Assembly: GCA_964386325.1 (NCBI GenBank)
Contig: CAYLQY010000015.1
Coordinates: 3,361-67,360 of the forward strand
DNA length: 64,000 nucleotides
Direction: 5' to 3'
From: an uncultured Erysipelotrichaceae bacterium
GTDB taxonomy: Bacteria; Bacillota_I; Bacilli_A; Erysipelotrichales; Erysipelotrichaceae
Of the stretch, positions 49,664-56,742 are shown one piece after another. The position numbers and the translations under genes are program-made. Position 1 is the stretch's first letter. Every line of letters begins with the position of its first letter. The notes under the pieces are model-generated. The model was not told the DNA's origin. It worked only from the letters and a program-made list of their open reading frames with translations, and did no database searches.

Positions 49664-51664
49664 TTAGAAAAGTAAATTTGCAATTTGATACACAATAAAT
49701 GCCACAATATAGGCTACACCCGTTTGAAAGAGAACACTTTTGAGTGTAAATAACCAGCTCTTGCTTTCGCTTTTGATTGTCGCAACAGCTGCCATACAAG
49801 GACTATATAATAAGGTAAATGTCATAAATGCTAAGGCACTTGCATGTGTAAACACTTGTGAAAGAATCAAATCTAATTGCGCTGATGTTGCTACATTATA
49901 CACAACAGCCATACTAGAAACAACACTTTCCTTTGCAATGAAGCCACTCATTAAAGAAATAACAGATTGCCAATTACCAAATCCCAATGGTGCAAATATC
50001 CATGCAATCGTTTGCCCAACTTTACCTAATATACTCAATTCTGGATTATCTACCATTTGTAATGAGAAACTAAAACTTGTTAAAAACCAAAGAAGCACAG
50101 TCATTGAGAAAATAATTGTCCCTGCTTTAATTAAGAAGCCTTTCGCTTTCTCCCACATATGCATCATTGTATTTTTGAAAGATGGGAAACGATAAGGCGG
50201 AAGTTCTAAAATAAATGTTGAACTATCTCCTTTGAAAATCGTTTTTCTTAAAAGCAATCCACATATAATCGCAACAACAATCCCTAACACGTACATTCCA
50301 AAGATTGCTATGTTGGCATTATTTGGAAAGAACACGCCTGCAAATAATGCATAAATTGGTAATCTAGCACCACATGACATAAATGGTGTCAATAACATGG
50401 TCATCTTACGATCTTTTTCGTTTTCTAACACACGGGTCGCCATAACCGCTGGAACTGTACAACCAAATCCCATTAACATTGGAATAAACGCTTTTCCATT
50501 TAAACCAATTTTTCTTAACATTCTATCCATCAAGAAGGCAGCACGTGACATGTATCCACTATCTTCAAGAATCGAAAGAAATAAAAACAACAACATGATT
50601 TGTGGCATAAATGATAAGACACTACCAACACCGCCAATTACTGTTTCGACAAGATTAATTGACCAGCCACTTGCACCCAATCCAAGTAGTGACGTTGATA
50701 ACCAAACACTGAAAGTTTCAATACCCAGTTCTACAAACCCTTGAAGCGTTGAACCTAATCCTCCAAATGTGATTGTAAATATCGCAAACAAAATTACAAA
50801 GAACATTGGTATTCCTAAATATTTATGGGTTAATAAACTATCAATTCGATCCGAAGCTGATTTCATTTCAGATACACACGGTTTACATAAACTCATTGAA
50901 ACAATGCGTTCTATTTCAGCATACCGCGTATCTGCGACAGCCATATCAATATCTCTTTGATTTTTAATTACACAGAAGTCTTTTTGAATATCTTCCAGCG
51001 CTTTGTATTGCTCTGGTGTAAAATCAAATTCTTTTTTTATCAACTCATCGTTTTCTAATAATTTAAAGGCATAGAATTTTTCATGCGTTCCATCATGTTT
51101 TTTTTCTTGAATAATTGAGATAATTCGTTTTAATACTTCTTCCGTTTGTACATCATATGTAAATGTCGAAGAATTGGTATTATGAATTAGACTATGGATT
51201 AGTTCATCCATTCCTTGGCCATTCCTTGCACTAATGGGTACTACTGGTGTATTAAGTTCACGTGATAATTGTTCAATATTTAATTCAATATCTTTTTGAA
51301 TTAATTCATCCATCATGTTTACTGCAATAACCATTGGAAGCCCTAATTCTTTAAGTTGCATACTTAAATATAAGTTTCTTTCAAGATTAGTTCCATCAAC
51401 AATGTTAATAATTAAATCTGGATGTTCGTCCATAATATAGTCACGTGATACAACTTCTTCCATACTATAGGGTGACATGCTGTATATCCCCGGTAAATCT
51501 ACCAATGTGATTTCATGTTCCTCAAAGGTAAATACACCCACTTTTTTTTCAATCGTTACACCTGGCCAATTTCCAACATGTTGTTTTGACCCAGTTAGCT
51601 GATTAAATAAGGTCGTTTTTCCACTGTTTGGGTTTCCTACCAATGCTACTGTTTGTTTCATCAT
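49664..51664 (-). CDS. feoB: Ferrous iron transporter FeoB
   Basis: 666 aa. N-terminal G domain (GNPNSGKTT, DLPG, NMMD) and a polytopic permease domain. Confidence 0.95.
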   Translation of the reverse strand: MMKQTVALVGNPNSGKTTLFNQLTGSKQHVGNWPGVTIEKKVGVFTFEEHEITLVDLPGIYSMSPYSMEEVVSRDYIMDEHPDLIINIVDGTNLERNLYLSMQLKELGLPMVIAVNMMDELIQKDIELNIEQLSRELNTPVVPISARNGQGMDELIHSLIHNTNSSTFTYDVQTEEVLKRIISIIQEKKHDGTHEKFYAFKLLENDELIKKEFDFTPEQYKALEDIQKDFCVIKNQRDIDMAVADTRYAEIERIVSMSLCKPCVSEMKSASDRIDSLLTHKYLGIPMFFVILFAIFTITFGGLGSTLQGFVELGIETFSVWLSTSLLGLGASGWSINLVETVIGGVGSVLSFMPQIMLLFLFLSILEDSGYMSRAAFLMDRMLRKIGLNGKAFIPMLMGFGCTVPAVMATRVLENEKDRKMTMLLTPFMSCGARLPIYALFAGVFFPNNANIAIFGMYVLGIVVAIICGLLLRKTIFKGDSSTFILELPPYRFPSFKNTMMHMWEKAKGFLIKAGTIIFSMTVLLWFLTSFSFSLQMVDNPELSILGKVGQTIAWIFAPLGFGNWQSVISLMSGFIAKESVVSSMAVVYNVATSAQLDLILSQVFTHASALAFMTFTLLYSPCMAAVATIKSESKSWLFTLKSVLFQTGVAYIVAFIVYQIANLLF

Positions 51665-51885
51665 ATTGTTTCCACCTTAATCTTCTTGGCTTCATCTTTA
51701 CGCAATGATAATTCATAACCACGCAAATGGATTTCAATAGGATCTCCCATTGGAGCTACTTTCTTTACTCTTAAAACTGTATTTGTAGTAATTCCCATAT
51801 CAATTAATCGCTTACGTATTGAAGATTCCCCTTCAATTGATATTACTTTTACATGCTGATTGATCGCACAGTCAAATAGTGTCAT
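51661..51885 (-). CDS. feoA: FeoA family protein
   Basis: 74 aa from the ATG at 51885 (GGAGG RBS 5 nt upstream). SH3-like FeoA sequence. Overlaps the feoB start by 4 nt. Confidence 0.85.
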   Translation of the reverse strand: MTLFDCAINQHVKVISIEGESSIRKRLIDMGITTNTVLRVKKVAPMGDPIEIHLRGYELSLRKDEAKKIKVETI

Positions 51886-51911
51886 AAATACCTCCATTTA
51901 ATTCTATAGTT

Positions 51912-51940
51912 AGTTTAGCCTAACCACCAGATAAAATCAA
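51912..51940 (-). promoter_or_regulatory. feoAB promoter
   Basis: Minus strand reads TTGATT - 17 nt - TAAACT. Confidence 0.45.
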
Positions 51941-51959
51941 GTTATTTTTTTAATTAATG

Positions 51960-51989
51960 AAAAAAAACTACCATTCTTCATGATAGTTT
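51960..51989 (-). terminator. Intrinsic terminator after the DUF3021 gene
   Basis: Minus strand reads ACUAUCAU-GAAGA-AUGGUAGU (one G-U pair) followed by U8. Confidence 0.7.
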
Positions 51990-52440
51990 AATGTGATTCT
52001 ACTTTTTCATTCATTTTTTTGATTTGATAGTAAATTGAGATATACTGTGCAACCCAAATAAATAAATAGATTGCAAAGAATATTCCAAAGTACATAAAGA
52101 TTGATTTAAAATCATGATTCATCCAATAACATAGATATGCTACTGGGAGTGTTGTTAGTGATGTTACTATAAGATGAGTTATTGTTTGCTTCATCAAACT
52201 CCAATGTTCTAGTTGAAAGATTAGGCTGGCCATACCTAGTATTGCACCATACAAAGTAGAAACTACCGTTTGCACCACTACTGCATTTAGTTCGCCACCC
52301 ATAGTTGCTGCCATTTCTAAAACCACTGGATAATACATTCCATCATTTACAGTTAGTGATATAAATAAAGGAATGATAAAACTTAAACTTATCCCAACTA
52401 ATGAGCCAATCACTGCATAGACTAAACATTTCTTTTTCAT
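51988..52440 (-). CDS. DUF3021-like small integral membrane protein (4 TM)
   Basis: 150 aa from the ATG at 52440 (the track start is a GTG inside the AGGTG RBS). Four hydrophobic segments. Adjacent to a LytTR gene, as is typical for DUF3021 (family assignment from memory). Confidence 0.6.
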   Translation of the reverse strand: MKKKCLVYAVIGSLVGISLSFIIPLFISLTVNDGMYYPVVLEMAATMGGELNAVVVQTVVSTLYGAILGMASLIFQLEHWSLMKQTITHLIVTSLTTLPVAYLCYWMNHDFKSIFMYFGIFFAIYLFIWVAQYISIYYQIKKMNEKVESH

Positions 52441-52441
52441 T

Positions 52442-52882
52442 TTATACACCTAGCACTTTCCTTATTGTAGATACATATCTTCTCGAAACAAATGTAGATA
52501 CACCATTCTTCAAAATCACATGAATTGTTCCCGTGATACTAAAATCGAATTTTTTTACCATACTTAGATTAATCAGTTCAGATTGTGAAATTCTAATAAA
52601 TCGATACTGGCTTAACTTTTCTTCACATTCATAAATTCGATACCTTAGTTTATATTCTCCATCTTTGGTTTCTGCTAATATCTTGTTATTTGAAGTATAG
52701 ATTCTTACTATATCATTCGGTTCTAGAATAACAGCTTCATCTTCAGTAATTCCTGTAAATACTTGCAGCGATTCTTTTTCTAACTTGCGTATTATGTTAT
52801 TGACTTCTTCATCAATTTCTTTTGTTGTAATTTGTACTTCTACTTCTTTACAATTACTATCCATATTTAATTTAAGTTTCAT
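52442..52882 (-). CDS. Stand-alone LytTR-domain DNA-binding protein (no receiver domain)
   Basis: 146 aa. C-terminal LytTR-like segment (FIRISQSELINLSMVKKFD...ILKNG...VSRRY). AAGGGGTGA RBS. Confidence 0.7.
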   Translation of the reverse strand: MKLKLNMDSNCKEVEVQITTKEIDEEVNNIIRKLEKESLQVFTGITEDEAVILEPNDIVRIYTSNNKILAETKDGEYKLRYRIYECEEKLSQYRFIRISQSELINLSMVKKFDFSITGTIHVILKNGVSTFVSRRYVSTIRKVLGV

Positions 52883-52941
52883 ACACTCACCCCTTATTAG
52901 CCCTAGTATATGAAATTCTAGTTTTAATTACTATCCAAAAT

Positions 52942-52974
52942 TAGTATTCGGTTATTTTGGGATAGCATTCGGTT
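52942..52974. repeat. Two 12-nt direct repeats phased 21 bp apart upstream of the LytTR gene
   Basis: On the plus strand, TAGTATTCGGTT (52942-52953) and TAGCATTCGGTT (52963-52974), 11 of 12 identical. An imperfect inverted repeat, CTATCCAAAAT (52931-41) / ATTTTGGGATAG (52954-65), brackets the first copy. Confidence 0.6.
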
Positions 52975-54512
52975 TAAAGGTTGTAGTAACGCACTTGTAA
53001 TTTATTGAGAAACATTCGGTCATGACTTATTACAATAATCGTTCCAGCGAAGTTATACAATACCTCTTCAATGATTTCACAACTTAAAATATCTAAATGG
53101 TTTGTAGGTTCATCTAAAATGATACAGCTACAACCCTTCAACATAATTTCAAGTAATTTCAGTCTTACTTGCTCCCCGCCGCTAAAACTCGAAATATATC
53201 GATACATATCCACATGATAAAAACCAAAACGAGCTAAATAACTTCGTGCTTTTTCTTCTTCTAATTCACATACACGAGTAAAATAAGCCAACAGTCTTTC
53301 TTTATCGTTATCAAACTTTAATATTTGAGGAAGATAACCCACATCAACTGAAGGTCCAAATTCAATACTTCCTTCTAATGGTTCTATTTCATGTAAGAGT
53401 GTTTTGAGTAATGTTGTTTTTCCTTTACCATTCGGTGCTACAATCGCAAAACGTTCTTTTCTTTGTACGATAAAATTCAAAGGAGAAGATAGTGGTTGTT
53501 CATACCCGATAACAAGATTTTTAGCTATTACCACATCTTTACTTCCTACTTGTGTACTCTTTATTTCAAAATCTAATTGATTGCGAATTTCAATTGGCTT
53601 AGGAAGTTTTTCTATACGTTCTAACTTCTTCTCTAATGCTTTGGCACGTTTAAATAAATCTTCATTGTCAGATTCATTTCCCCATTGACGATATCTTCTA
53701 ATCGCAAGTTTAATTTTTGATATTTCTTTTTGTTGTTCATTATAATCCAATACTAAATGTAGATAACGTTCATGTCGTTGCTCACGGTAACTATCATAAT
53801 TCCCATAATATGTAATTACTTGTCCATCCTCAATTTCGTAGAACACCGAAACAACATTCATCAAAAACTGGCGATCATGAGAAACAAGTATCAGTGTTTT
53901 ATTTATTGAACGACAATAACTTTCTAACCATTCTATGCCATCCATATCCAGATGATTGGTTGGTTCATCTAAACATAGAACTTCATAGTCTTGAAGTAAT
54001 AATTGAACTAGGACAATTCGCGTTTTTTGTCCACCACTCAATGTATCAAACGATTGTTCAAGTGCATCAAAAATACCTAGTCCTTTTGCATAAGCATCTA
54101 ATGAATTTTCTAATTCATAGCCACCTGCATGCTCAAACTTATCTAAGGTCTTTGAATATTGTTCCATGACTTCTTCAAATGTATCTAAGTTACTCATCTG
54201 TGATTCAAGTTCTTTAAGTTTTGATGATGTCGCAAGATAATCAGAAAACGCAGATATGATGAATTCTCTACTTGTACCTGTAAAATGCGGAAATATTTGC
54301 ATCATATATCCCACTGTCATTTCTCTAGGGATAAAAACTTCACCTTCTTGATAGTCTTCGATACCCGCTATTATTTTTAATAGTGTTGTTTTTCCACAAC
54401 CATTTTCTCCAACAATTGCAGATTTGCTGCCTTTGATAATTTCAAGTGAAAGATCGTTTAAAACAACTTCACCTGTGTATGTTTTTAATAAATTATTAAT
54501 TTGTATTTTCAT
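52974..54512 (-). CDS. ABC-F family ATPase (two ABC cassettes, no TM domain)
   Basis: 512 aa from the ATG at 54512 (GGAGGAAAA RBS). GENGCGKTT / LSGGQKTR / LDEPTNHLD, then APNGKGKTT / FSGGEQVR / LDEPTNHLD, separated by a charged linker of about 80 aa. Confidence 0.85.
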   Translation of the reverse strand: MKIQINNLLKTYTGEVVLNDLSLEIIKGSKSAIVGENGCGKTTLLKIIAGIEDYQEGEVFIPREMTVGYMMQIFPHFTGTSREFIISAFSDYLATSSKLKELESQMSNLDTFEEVMEQYSKTLDKFEHAGGYELENSLDAYAKGLGIFDALEQSFDTLSGGQKTRIVLVQLLLQDYEVLCLDEPTNHLDMDGIEWLESYCRSINKTLILVSHDRQFLMNVVSVFYEIEDGQVITYYGNYDSYREQRHERYLHLVLDYNEQQKEISKIKLAIRRYRQWGNESDNEDLFKRAKALEKKLERIEKLPKPIEIRNQLDFEIKSTQVGSKDVVIAKNLVIGYEQPLSSPLNFIVQRKERFAIVAPNGKGKTTLLKTLLHEIEPLEGSIEFGPSVDVGYLPQILKFDNDKERLLAYFTRVCELEEEKARSYLARFGFYHVDMYRYISSFSGGEQVRLKLLEIMLKGCSCIILDEPTNHLDILSCEIIEEVLYNFAGTIIVISHDRMFLNKLQVRYYNL

Positions 54513-54548
54513 ATTTTCCTCCATTGTATTTTTTTGAAGGAATTGCAT

Positions 54549-54576
54549 AAAAAAAAGCTTAGCAATAAAACCAAGC
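54549..54576 (-). terminator. Weak terminator-like hairpin in the ABC-F leader (possible attenuator)
   Basis: Minus strand reads GCUUGG-UUUUAUUG-CUAAGC (6 bp, one G-U) followed by U8. Lies 36 nt before the ABC-F start codon. Confidence 0.35.
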
Positions 54577-54615
54577 AATGTGTTTTAACGATAGCTACAG
54601 TTTCATTTATTCCTT

Positions 54616-54738
54616 CTATTTTAGACAGACTTGTCCCTTGTATAATGGAAGGTTTTTAAATGTGATTGTACGACAAAAAGATACAAACTCATGTACAATA
54701 TTTTCTATCATTTGTTTTTTGTCAATACATAGTAACAT
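54616..54738 (-). CDS. Small upstream ORF (40 aa), possible leader peptide of the ABC-F gene
   Basis: Not in the track (too short). AAAGGTGGTGA RBS 6 nt before the ATG. Translation MLLCIDKKQMIENIVHEFVSFCRTITFKNLPLYKGQVCLK. Stop lies about 40 nt before the hairpin. Confidence 0.35.
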   Translation of the reverse strand: MLLCIDKKQMIENIVHEFVSFCRTITFKNLPLYKGQVCLK

Positions 54739-54804
54739 CGTCGCTCACCACCTTTAACGATATTTTAATTATAGCCAAACATTATTGAATAAGTCAACAA
54801 CGAA

Positions 54805-54835
54805 TAAAAAAAGCAAACAGATAAATAATGTTTGC
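54805..54835 (-). terminator. Intrinsic terminator after the DUF975 gene
   Basis: Minus strand reads GCAAACA-UUAUUUAUC-UGUUUGC followed by U8. Confidence 0.7.
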
Positions 54836-54876
54836 CTTAATTGAACAAATTCACAATATTATTAAACAACTTTTAC

Positions 54877-55461
54877 TTATTCATTTTTGTTATTTACTAA
54901 CTCGCGATAGAAGTTTGCTTGTGCAGCGCCTACATACGGACCAACATATAGTATTGCAATTCCTAATGTAACGACACAAAGAAGATACCAGCCAATAAAA
55001 GATAAATGCATCGTAAACAAGTCTAGTTTATGACCTATCATCATATCTTGGCTTTTAGTAATAGCTTCAAGTGGTTGGATCGTTGGATCTTCCGCCATAA
55101 TGTAGAAAGTCATTGAATATGAATATATCTTGATAATCCCTGGGACAATCAAACACAAGAACCAAAGCGCTGTAAATATCGTTCTAAATAAGTTAGCCAC
55201 AATAATTCGTCCATAGTCATTGTATCCCAAAAGAATATCACTCACCTGAATTTCTTTTCCATCAATAATATTTAAGTAAAGCAGAATATACCCTAATTCA
55301 AATCCAGGTATAACTAAAAACCAATACAGTTGTTCTAACGGTGCTCCTATCTTATTAAAAACATAAGATAAGATTCCAGTGAGTAAAGTACATGTAGCTA
55401 ACACTCCCATGTTATTCTTAATTTGATCCTTGGCTCTTTGTTTAATCAACCCTGTGTCCAT
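54877..55461 (-). CDS. DUF975 family integral membrane protein
   Basis: 194 aa. N-terminal amphipathic IKQRAKDQIKNNMG followed by several TM segments, as I recall for DUF975. Confidence 0.6.
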   Translation of the reverse strand: MDTGLIKQRAKDQIKNNMGVLATCTLLTGILSYVFNKIGAPLEQLYWFLVIPGFELGYILLYLNIIDGKEIQVSDILLGYNDYGRIIVANLFRTIFTALWFLCLIVPGIIKIYSYSMTFYIMAEDPTIQPLEAITKSQDMMIGHKLDLFTMHLSFIGWYLLCVVTLGIAILYVGPYVGAAQANFYRELVNNKNE

Positions 55462-55570
55462 ATATTTCTCCCTAATTAATTTTTTCTGTTTTCATTCTAT
55501 CACGTATCTAAATCACTAAATAGCTTATCCGCAAAATTACACAGAATATTCATCTTACAGTATCTGTAAA

Positions 55571-55604
55571 TTAAAAAAACTAGCTTTAATAACAAACTAG
55601 TTTT
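55571..55604 (-). terminator. Terminator hairpin overlapping the stop of the pyrophosphatase-like gene
   Basis: AAAACTAG - 13 nt - CTAGTTTT. On the minus strand it is followed by TTTAATTT. Confidence 0.5.
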
Positions 55605-55923
55605 CCATAATTATTTTTGATATAAACCATTGTTCTTGAAACCATGTTTCCTTCTCTATCTCTTCTTTTGTGAATTTCTTTCCACGAGGAGCAACTACCC
55701 ATTTTTCTTCTACATCATCTTTACGATGAATTATCGCAATAACTTCGCCATCAAAAGAATCCACCGGTTCATCTACTCCCAAAATATACGCATCTTGAAA
55801 TTCACCATCTCCTGCTAAGATACCTTCTATATATCCGTAATTAATAGGATATATGTACGCATATACAGGGTGTTCACTTCCAAGCGGACGATCAACTGTT
55901 ACTTTTACTAAATCACCTATCAT
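55597..55923 (-). CDS. Short inorganic pyrophosphatase-like protein (108 aa)
   Basis: GYIEGILAGDGEFQDAYILGV resembles the DGDPxDxxV metal-binding core of family I PPases. The length is only about 60 percent of a canonical PPase. AGGAGA RBS. Confidence 0.5.
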   Translation of the reverse strand: MIGDLVKVTVDRPLGSEHPVYAYIYPINYGYIEGILAGDGEFQDAYILGVDEPVDSFDGEVIAIIHRKDDVEEKWVVAPRGKKFTKEEIEKETWFQEQWFISKIIMEN

Positions 55924-55933
55924 CTTGAGTCTC

Positions 55934-56026
55934 CTATAAGAAAATACTTATTAATCCCGCAAACATTGATAACACCATGCAGAATATAACAAACAACAAT
56001 GTATATTTTATAACTTTTTTACTCAT
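55934..56026 (-). CDS. 30-aa hydrophobic micro-ORF, translationally coupled to the TetR gene
   Basis: ATGA overlap with the TetR stop. GGTGGG RBS. MSKKVIKYTLLFVIFCMVLSMFAGLISIFL, a single TM segment. Below the track cut-off. Confidence 0.4.
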   Translation of the reverse strand: MSKKVIKYTLLFVIFCMVLSMFAGLISIFL

Positions 56027-56619
56027 TCTTTACCCACCTTTTTCATCATAACTGTATCAAGAATTTTAAAATATTCAACTTCTAAATTAAATTTCGTTCC
56101 TGGATGGGTAGCCCAAACTTGGGATATTCCAATCAATACACAAAAAGCGGCATGCATCAAATTCCTTGGATCTCCCATGTTTTCAATCTCTCCACGTTCT
56201 TGAGCTTTCTTAATAAATCCCATTTGCATCTCTAAGAAAGGTCTTTCTTCATTGAAGTCTTCACGCTCTTTTTGTTCATCAAAAGATACTGTTAATCGAG
56301 CAACTAATATCTTCTTTACAATATCTTTACCACATGCTTCAAAGTGACGTACGCGTTTCTTTAGTATTTCACAATATTGTTCATATGGACTATCAATCAT
56401 CATTATTCTAGCAGCCTCATCAGAAGATAATTCCTCTGGCAAGGTCATAACAGTTTTAAGTAAGCCTTCTTTAGATGCAAAATAATAGTAGAAAGTATGT
56501 TTCGATATTCCACTCTCTTCGCAAATGTCGTTGATAGTAACATTATCAAAACCACGTTCTTTAAAAAGATTCAGCGCTATTTTACGTATTTTGATTTTTG
56601 TACTGTTATCAGGTCTCAT
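56023..56619 (-). CDS. TetR/AcrR family transcriptional regulator
   Basis: 198 aa from the ATG at 56619 (GGAGGTAAG RBS). HTH VTINDICEESGISKHTFYYYF. The upstream part of the track ORF contains the predicted promoter. Confidence 0.8.
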   Translation of the reverse strand: MRPDNSTKIKIRKIALNLFKERGFDNVTINDICEESGISKHTFYYYFASKEGLLKTVMTLPEELSSDEAARIMMIDSPYEQYCEILKKRVRHFEACGKDIVKKILVARLTVSFDEQKEREDFNEERPFLEMQMGFIKKAQERGEIENMGDPRNLMHAAFCVLIGISQVWATHPGTKFNLEVEYFKILDTVMMKKVGKE

Positions 56620-56638
56620 TAAGCTTACCTCCACACGC

Positions 56639-56667
56639 AATATACCACAAACATAGTACTTGCGCAA
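56639..56667 (-). promoter_or_regulatory. TetR operon promoter
   Basis: Minus strand reads TTGCGC - 17 nt - (TGg)TATATT. Confidence 0.45.
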
Positions 56668-56685
56668 CATTTATATATAAACTCG

Positions 56686-56714
56686 TTTACATTTTTGTAT
56701 TACCGTGGTAATAT
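56686..56714 (+). promoter_or_regulatory. Promoter of the ABC exporter operon, with an embedded palindromic operator
   Basis: TTTACA - 17 nt - TAATAT. The spacer and -10 contain ATTACC-GT-GGTAAT (56699-56712), a TetR-type inverted repeat. Confidence 0.5.
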
Positions 56715-56742
56715 AATCTCACTCTAAGGAAAGGAGTGTAAC

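Noticed and set aside
49584-49799. Cys-rich 71-aa ORF at the feoB 3' end, considered as a FeoC-like or FeoB-associated Cys-rich peptide.
   Set aside because: It lies in another frame largely inside feoB and runs through the feoB terminator. It has no RBS. It is probably a frame artefact.
51898-51960. Possible Fur or PerR box upstream of feoA (GATAAAATCAAGTTATT).
   Set aside because: It only weakly resembles the 7-1-7 TGATAATnATTATCA consensus. Such matches are expected by chance in AT-rich DNA.
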